From an uncultured Hormoscilla sp. (GTDB lineage Bacteria; Cyanobacteriota; Cyanobacteriia; Cyanobacteriales; Desertifilaceae), in NCBI GenBank assembly GCA_963921275.4, contig OZ001293.3:1184001-1248000 (forward strand): a DNA stretch of 64,000 bases, given 5' to 3'. The position numbers and the translations under genes were made by a program. The notes beneath the pieces are model-generated. The model ran no database searches and had not been told where the DNA came from. It saw only the letters and a list, made by a program, of their open reading frames with translations. Position 1 is the first letter of the stretch; every line of letters starts with the position of its first letter. Below, piece after piece: positions 57,244 to 64,000 of this stretch.

Positions 57244-57436
57244 CTTTTTTACCCTATCATCTTACTCTTTGTGTGAGGAGTTCAACATTTCGTACATCTC
57301 GTTCCCAGGTTCTACCTGGGAATGATGCTTTTGAGGCTCTGCCTCCCGTGGCACCAACCAACAGGAGGCTCTGCCTCCACAGACGGTTCCCAGGCAGAGC
57401 CTAGGAACCAGGGTAACTAGATCCCCGATCGCCATT

Positions 57437-57620
57437 CTAACCCTTAAGCTTTTTACCCAACAACTGGTTAGTCAGCTTGGGATCTGCGCGATCGCTAGTT
57501 TTCTTCATCACCTGTCCGACAAAGAAACCTTGCAGCTTAGTTTGACCCAAGGGATACTGTTCGGTGTTCCTTGTATGGGAGCGGAGATCGCTTCATCTAT
57601 TATAGCTTCTAGAGCGGAGC
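57437..57620 (-). pseudogene. gatB: Asp/Glu-tRNA amidotransferase subunit B C-terminal remnant
   Basis: LEAIIDEA...TKLQGFFVGQVMKKTSDRADPKLTNQLLGKKLKG*. Confidence 0.8.
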
Positions 57621-57776
57621 GTAATTCAAATTGGGGAAAAGCGGAAAAGGGAAAGGACCCCTATGTGGTTCTCTTGAAAGATATGATAGCAATTTAACTT
57701 GCATTGTGATAGACAGGCATTGGCATCTGAGAGCCGGTACTATTATTCAAAAGTGCAGCGTATTGAGAGATACAAT

Positions 57777-58019
57777 CTAATCACTTCTGGAGCGTAGAGC
57801 TTCCTCTAACTTAATTGCCGGCAGAAATATTTTGTATTCCCATCCTTGACCAGGTAGCTGATCTTTTTTAGCGATGTAATCTCGACGTGGTCCACCCTTG
57901 CCTTCAGGGTAGTGTTCTACTGCGTGAAAAACATTAATACGAGCTATACCATATCCGACAATATAGGCTCCAAAAACTCCAATTATAGTCAAAAAGATTT
58001 GATTAGTCTTGAACAACAT
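57777..58019 (-). CDS. Small hypothetical protein with an N-terminal TM helix
   Basis: AGGAG upstream of the start; one hydrophobic segment. Confidence 0.5.
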   Translation of the reverse strand: MLFKTNQIFLTIIGVFGAYIVGYGIARINVFHAVEHYPEGKGGPRRDYIAKKDQLPGQGWEYKIFLPAIKLEEALRSRSD

Positions 58020-58519
58020 TAATTCTCCTGTAGTAATTCAACGTCAGATTTGCTAAATAAGCTCCACATTTTCAGATATTATCCGTCACGATAACACCTT
58101 TATTTACAAAACTTATACGTTCATATCTGCCCTATAACTCCAGGACTAAGGGGTGTTATGCAGCGTATTTGAATGTTAAGCATGATAAATAGGGTGCTTA
58201 TCCGTCATATCTGCTGGATAACCCCCTTATTGGGGTAGTTATCACTGCTGCGATCGCCGAATCGAATCAGACTGGCTACAAACCACACTACAACTATACA
58301 TGGGTGCATCTCAATTTTTCAATGAGTAATTATACTTAAACACAATAGTATTATTCAAAGCTGAGTATCCAGGGAAGCCAGGACGGTGATCGCACCTGGA
58401 GAGCTTGTGCATGAACAGTATGTTGTTAATGTGGTCCAAATCCCTCTGGCTTTTTTGCCAATCTACATAAACACCCCTTATGTCATGTTATACGGAATTT
58501 TTCCATCTAGCATCCTGAT

Positions 58520-58790
58520 TCTGGAGCTTATACAGATTTCATCATCTAGGATAACACGCTCGTGTGCCTTGGTAGCCTCAATGGATGTTAACTTTTGTTA
58601 ATTTTCCTGAAAGCACCTCCCTCCAAATAGATTCAGCTATTTTACATTTCTTAACATAGGCTGGGCATGTTTGTGCCTACCTACTTATCTTTTACCGATC
58701 GCCCCTCCCCCTTTCTGTTCGGAAATATCGATATCCAGTAGTTATCGGTGTGGAGGCGCAAAAGATGACAACCCGTACAGAAGCGATCTC
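58520..58790. repeat. About 270-bp diverged direct repeat, copy 1
   Basis: Aligns end to end with 59901-60170. Confidence 0.8.
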
Positions 58791-59054
58791 TGTGTCCCCC
58801 GGGAGCGCTATTCGCACAAAAGGGGGGACACAGCCGCGAGGTACGGGAACCCTCGGTCTGCATGAATAATATGCTGGATCATAACAATTGATGGGATGAA
58901 TATCGATGTAAGGCGATCGCGTTATCCCGAAATTTTGCAGTCGCAAAAGATGAATGTCTAACGGCGATCGCTCCAGCGGCGGCAGATAACCTTGGCATCA
59001 TCACCAAGATATCCCAACCGTCCGCGAAGAGCGCGTTGTTATGCTGCGACTGGT

Positions 59055-59458
59055 TTAGGGACTAAAAGGATTGACAATTTTTAGCCTATCAATGTCTGAG
59101 TACCCAAAGTCTTCCGTATAAAGAGTTTCAACATTTGCTTCTAAGCAAGCAGCAACCACCATCGAATCCCAGTGGGACGACTAAAACGGCTCATCAAGTC
59201 ATCAGCACAGTCAATAACAGCCTATGTTGGCAAAGCTGTATACCAAATTTGTTGCAAGTCTCGAATGTACTGATATGCTTGTGCTCTGTCATATCCCAAT
59301 AGCTCAAGTTTGCGGCTTGCCGCCAAATATTCGCAGGCAACCTGCCAAATTGAAACCCCATCTGTCAGACCAGCTACTAAAGAAGCTGCAATTGCCTGCT
59401 TGCCAGGATCGCGCGAATCATTAACGTAAATTAAAATGTTCGTGTCAACGGCGTTCAT
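59055..59458 (-). pseudogene. PIN-domain (VapC-like) toxin, inactivated
   Basis: MNAVDTNILIY; TAG at 59222-59224; a further shift before HWDSMVVAACLEANVETLYTEDF...IVNPF. Confidence 0.85.
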
Positions 59459-59687
59459 GTAACATATCTCGTGTAAACCGAGGAGCATTTGAGGGAATAG
59501 GGTTTTGTTGCATTCGTTCAACAAGTCGCCTTAAAAAATCCTGTCTAGCACCAAGATCGGCGATCTTGGGGGGAATGACTTGAGGTGATTTTACAAAAAG
59601 TTCAACTTGAATGCCTTCAGGCAAATCGCCAGCTGTCTGAAGGATGAATGTACCACTATGGTAAATCGCTTTTAAGGCTTGGGGCAT
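59445..59687 (-). CDS. DUF104/AF2212-like antitoxin
   Basis: LKAIYHSGTF...LPEGIQVEL...FTRDMLHER; overlaps the PIN start. Confidence 0.75.
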   Translation of the reverse strand: MPQALKAIYHSGTFILQTAGDLPEGIQVELFVKSPQVIPPKIADLGARQDFLRRLVERMQQNPIPSNAPRFTRDMLHERR

Positions 59688-59900
59688 GGGGAACGCTCCA
59701 TTTTCAGAGTTAAGGGTGAGCCAGTTAGCTGATTACAGTCTAGACCATACAGGGTCAACTCTGTGACAACGATACACGCTCCGATTGAGATAGCGTCTAA
59801 ACGGTCACTAATTCTTTTGGTGGTTGCGATTATTTGGAATTTTTCTGCATAAACACCCTCAATATTATTCTCTACGTAATTTTGACCTTAAGCATCCCGA

Positions 59901-60170
59901 TCTGGATCTTATACAGATTTCCGGAGCCTAGTATAACTCGCTCGTCTGCCTTGGTAGCCTATCAGGCAAGTTAACAAAAGTTAACTTGCCTGAAAGCCCC
60001 TCCCATAAAGAGATTCAGCTCTTTGACATTTCGCACTGCAGAATGCTCTTTGTGCCTACCTACCTATCTTTTACCGATCGCCCCGACCCCTTTCTGTTCT
60101 CATATATCGATATCCAGTCGGTATCGGTGTGGTGGCGCCAGGGATGGCAACCCGTATAGAAGCGATCGCC
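59901..60170. repeat. About 270-bp diverged direct repeat, copy 2
   Basis: Contains the perfect hairpin TCAGGCAAGTTAAC-AAAA-GTTAACTTGCCTGA. Confidence 0.8.
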
Positions 60171-60732
60171 CTGAAGTCACGGGAAACCTTAGAAGGTATT
60201 CAGCATGTTGGCATCTTTACATTTTCATTTATTTTTTGTCTTCAATATACAGATATAAATCCGACCATAATCTTTCATTACGCTTTTTCACTTTCTCTAT
60301 GAGTTCGCGTTTTGGGCTGTATTTTTTCCCTGGATAACAAACTAATAAATCGTTTTCCTTTATTGCCTAACGGCATCATAACAACGGCTAAAGCGTAATT
60401 CAAATTGGGGAAAATCGGAAAGCGGAACTCTTTTGGGAGTAGAGACACCGGGGCTAATGATGGGACTGGCAGGTATCGGCTACGGACTGTTGCGACTGGC
60501 GAGTCCCGATCGGGTGCCATCGGTGCTGCTGCTAGCTCCGCCAAAGGAGGAAAACTGCGCTCCATCAGGATTGTAAAGGAAGTTGGATCTTCGGGCGCAA
60601 CCGGAAAATTATCAAAAAAATTTCGCTTTCTCACTTGACAGGAGGTAGTCCAATAGGTTATACTAGAACAACAGTAAGTAATTAGCCCGCATCTGCAGGT
60701 TAAAAGTTATTTATACCAATATAAGAGAGAAA

Positions 60733-61698
60733 GTGACCCAGACTAAATCGCCAAGCAGAAATAGAACACTGAATTGCTCCATGCAAGAGATTTCAGATCT
60801 CAGTATAGAACTTGTGTATCTGATGTCAGATACATCGCTCAAAACAATTAAAAATAAAATTATTCACCAAGATATTTTCGATGCGGCACCCCATTTGCCG
60901 ATCGGGTTTGCGGAGTTGCTAGTGTTGGACCCTCCATACAATCTTTCAAAAAACTACAATGGTTACCTGTTCAAAGAAAAGGAGAAGTCGGAATATCAGG
61001 AGTGGTTTGCGGGAGTGGTTAGGCTTGTCAAACCAATGCTAAAGCCCACAGCAACAGTCTACGTCTGCTCTGATTGGAGAACATCTGTATTGATTGCTCC
61101 GATACTTGAAAAGGAGTTCCGCATCCAAAATCGCATCACCTGGGAAAGAGAAAAAGGGAGAGGCGCAAAATATAACTGGAAAAATAACACTGAAGACATC
61201 TGGTTTTGTACGGTCTCGGAGCAATACCGCTTTAACCTTGATGCGGTCAAGCTCAAGCGAAAGGTTATTGCTCCCTATCGTACAGAAGATGGGCGTCCTA
61301 AAGATTGGCAAGAAGAAGCCGGAGGTAATTTCCGCGTCACCCATCCATCAAATATCTGGACAGATATAACAATTCCCTTTTGGTCAATGCCGGAGAATAC
61401 TAAGCATCCCACCCAAAAACCAGAAAAACTGATTGCTAAGTTAGTGCTGGCAAGTTCTAATCCCGGGGAGATGGTGTTAGATCCATTCTTAGGTAGTGGA
61501 ACTACTGCGGTAGTTGCTAAAAAACTTGGCAGGCGCTTTGTGGGCGTGGAAATTAATCAAGAATACTGCTGCTGGGCTTTGAAGCGCCTTGCAATTGCGG
61601 AAGAGTATCCGTCTATCCAAGGATATGCTGACGGCGTGTTTTGGGAGCGAAACACCCTCAGCGCTCAACCAAAAGACAAGAAGCCGAGTGTAGTGTAG
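60733..61698 (+). CDS. Site-specific N4/N6 DNA methyltransferase (beta class)
   Basis: DPPY precedes HPTQKP and DPFLGSGTT. Confidence 0.92.
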   Translation: MTQTKSPSRNRTLNCSMQEISDLSIELVYLMSDTSLKTIKNKIIHQDIFDAAPHLPIGFAELLVLDPPYNLSKNYNGYLFKEKEKSEYQEWFAGVVRLVKPMLKPTATVYVCSDWRTSVLIAPILEKEFRIQNRITWEREKGRGAKYNWKNNTEDIWFCTVSEQYRFNLDAVKLKRKVIAPYRTEDGRPKDWQEEAGGNFRVTHPSNIWTDITIPFWSMPENTKHPTQKPEKLIAKLVLASSNPGEMVLDPFLGSGTTAVVAKKLGRRFVGVEINQEYCCWALKRLAIAEEYPSIQGYADGVFWERNTLSAQPKDKKPSVV

Positions 61699-61712
61699 AT
61701 GGAACTGTTTTT

Positions 61713-62297
61713 ATGAAATCCAACTTTTTCTATGGAGGGCACTATCAGGCGGTTGCTGCATCGATCGGAGATTACATTAACTCGGTGCCCGAATTTCTGT
61801 CTGCGCAGACTGTTCGTAGCACAAGGGCCGCAGGTGATGCAATTGAAGGACTCATAGCTGATAAGTTCGATACGTTCCTAGGAGATTGGTGCCAAGAGTA
61901 TTCAGCCAACTTTGCGCGTCGGGCAATGGCAGATGTTGCATTCAAGGATAAGGAAGATTTCTACTGCGTTGTCGATGTCAAGACCCACCGCGAAGATACA
62001 AAGTTTAATATGCCGAATCTTACATCTGTAGAACGGATATCTAGATTCTATGAGGACGATAAGAACATATTCGCGTTGATAATGGTCAAGTACGTGCTGG
62101 AAGGAAATCGAGTTACGGCAACAGAGGTCAGTTTCTGCCCAATTGAGTTTCTCGACTGGGATTGCCTCACGGTAGGTGCGCTTGGATGGGGACAGATTCA
62201 AATTGCGAATTCCAATCGCATCTTGGTGAATCAGGGGTACTCCAGAAAGCAGCGGCTGCGCCTAGTTTTCACACAGATGTGTCAGGCAGTCAGCTAA
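61713..62297 (+). CDS. Putative PD-(D/E)xK restriction endonuclease, possibly C-terminally truncated
   Basis: Starts 15 nt after the methyltransferase; ADVAF...VVDVKTH...NMPNLTS. Confidence 0.6.
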   Translation: MKSNFFYGGHYQAVAASIGDYINSVPEFLSAQTVRSTRAAGDAIEGLIADKFDTFLGDWCQEYSANFARRAMADVAFKDKEDFYCVVDVKTHREDTKFNMPNLTSVERISRFYEDDKNIFALIMVKYVLEGNRVTATEVSFCPIEFLDWDCLTVGALGWGQIQIANSNRILVNQGYSRKQRLRLVFTQMCQAVS

Positions 62298-62382
62298 AGC
62301 TGTTTGGGAATGTCCTAATATACAGACATTTGAAGTCGCTTATCAGCATACATTTGATGGTACTTGGTTATTTCCGCCATGT

Positions 62383-64000
62383 CTATGCTTGTCTCCTATG
62401 AACATAATTACGTATTTTTTGTGTAAAATCCCTGCTTCTAACTGCATCTCTATTCGAGATTGGATTTGCTTTCAAGACTTTTTTAATTATGTTGCAAGAC
62501 TCGATCGCAATAGGTCTCAACTCATCTTTCTTACTTGCAGTGACAATCATTTTCTGAAGATCATAATCCTTAGATTCCTTTGCTATAAGCATACGATAAG
62601 TTAAATATGCCACATGATATTTAAATGGCCTGCATTTAGAAAATATTTCTTGCGCTCTAAATAAGCTTTCTAACCTGTTAATAATCAGTGCCGATAAATA
62701 GTATTTGCGTAATTCATCCGTTGATTTAAATAATCGAGCTTTGTTACTTTCCAATAACTCACCAAAGTACCTATGTGTACTTTGAGGTTGTTCTAAAACT
62801 GTTGATACGTATGCTTTAATTTGGGCAGCTAATGTAATTACCTGCCATGACCGTACCTTTGGATTTCCTAGATATTCTTTAGAACGCCTTTCATAATAAA
62901 TTGGTGGAATAACGCTTCCAGACATTGCCTTGTAAAACTCTTCAAGATTTCTATGAAAAGGCTTTAGAGACTCAAACGCTTCATCTTTTACTTCTGTTTG
63001 ACGATTTGTTGCTCTAATAATCTTATTAGTAACTTCTTGATCGACAGTATCTATAACTTTTAAAACAATATGGGTATCATCTTTGAGGATCTTCCTATTC
63101 TCAAATAACACATGACTTGACTGACAACCGTTGACAATCTGAAAATCAGTCAATTTTAGTTTTGAACCGATTTTCTCAATCTTTTTGGCGATTATTGTTA
63201 TTCCATTATTCAATAATGCCAAAAGTGCCCGGTTTGTAGGAGACCTCAGAGTTTCTTTAATCTCTTTATTAACCTTGTTTGGTCCTTGATAGTCTCTAAC
63301 GTTGTCATAAAAAAGTCCCTTCGCCATTTCCCCATCATTGTTAGTGATTAAATCCAGATATAACTTGACCGGGATACTTCCAATAAAAGACTGTCTCACA
63401 TTCAGCTCATCAGGCATATCTGGCAATGCCACATGATTTTGGAACAGAACCTCCTTAACGGTCTTCCTACTAATTTCACAAAACGTATACTTTAATTTTT
63501 CTGCATCATAGAAATTTACTTTAGGCTCATTTCTGAACAAGCGCTTCTGATTTAATTCCTGCAACTCACGCCTAACTCTCCCAACTATCTGTTTAGGTTC
63601 CTCCCATTTACCCGTTGTTACAAAGAAAAGCTGGAGTTCAGGGATTTGTCCTCCAAAATCAATAGAGTGTTGATAGACTTTTTCTTTGATACCTCTTAAA
63701 TGTTTAATACTCTCATTTTCTGGAATTGATGAACTTTCATCAAAAAAGCTTTTGACTCCAAAAATGAAATTACCTACCTGATCTCCTTTAAACTTTGCTG
63801 ATGATTTTGACTGAATTAACGCAAAAGTTACATCAAGAGTCCCATTCCTTTCTATTAAGAAGTCTATCTCTTCTTCATTTTTAATAATATTGCCATTGAC
63901 AATAATTGCAATGCCATCTAAAGCTAAATCGTCTCTACCACCTGTGGATAAATATTCTAAGTCAATTTCCCTAGGATATAGTTTAGAGACAATGGTAAAG
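62383..64000 (-). CDS. AIPR family protein, start outside the window
   Basis: Frame stays open to the window end (DDLALDGIAI, IQSKSS); LFYDNVRDYQG, LLNNGITI, QIVNGCQS, ATNRQT, YYERR. Confidence 0.88.
   Translation of the reverse strand, partial: FTIVSKLYPREIDLEYLSTGGRDDLALDGIAIIVNGNIIKNEEEIDFLIERNGTLDVTFALIQSKSSAKFKGDQVGNFIFGVKSFFDESSSIPENESIKHLRGIKEKVYQHSIDFGGQIPELQLFFVTTGKWEEPKQIVGRVRRELQELNQKRLFRNEPKVNFYDAEKLKYTFCEISRKTVKEVLFQNHVALPDMPDELNVRQSFIGSIPVKLYLDLITNNDGEMAKGLFYDNVRDYQGPNKVNKEIKETLRSPTNRALLALLNNGITIIAKKIEKIGSKLKLTDFQIVNGCQSSHVLFENRKILKDDTHIVLKVIDTVDQEVTNKIIRATNRQTEVKDEAFESLKPFHRNLEEFYKAMSGSVIPPIYYERRSKEYLGNPKVRSWQVITLAAQIKAYVSTVLEQPQSTHRYFGELLESNKARLFKSTDELRKYYLSALIINRLESLFRAQEIFSKCRPFKYHVAYLTYRMLIAKESKDYDLQKMIVTASKKDELRPIAIESCNIIKKVLKANPISNRDAVRSRDFTQKIRNYVHRRQA

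Noticed and set aside
60278..60638. Overlapping 118-aa and 77-aa ORFs as genes
   Set aside because: No recognisable motif and no basis to choose a strand.

Overview
64-kb segment of a cyanobacterial chromosome (frequent HIP1 octamer GCGATCGC, Uma2 genes, cyanobacterial ssb/mreBCD and miaB-ddl blocks). Intact housekeeping genes (glyS, hisD, miaB, ddl, ssb, mreBCD, dtd, a COG0523 GTPase, argJ) alternate with heavily eroded accessory DNA. The accessory DNA includes: a legionaminic-acid-type sugar operon with frameshifts; two related ORF-less group II introns, one between a putative ribosome-binding site and the ATG of the first operon gene and one antisense inside an RHS toxin gene; a triplicated FG-GAP-repeat gene; a scrambled Ig-repeat/RHS toxin locus whose duplicated toxin-tip/immunity pair differs almost only at non-synonymous sites; a broken retron-type RT with a SWIM-finger partner and a TnpB right-end relic; tandem histamine-N-methyltransferase-like genes; an alpha-2-macroglobulin pseudogene; a DUF104/PIN pair; and a methyltransferase/putative endonuclease/AIPR block. 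Many junctions carry short pieces copied from unrelated genes (glyS, leuS, parB, NUDIX, gatB), and a family of 42-48 bp hairpins sits in frame inside genes. No CRISPR array, rRNA or tRNA was seen. All assignments come from reading motifs by eye; no database search was run.
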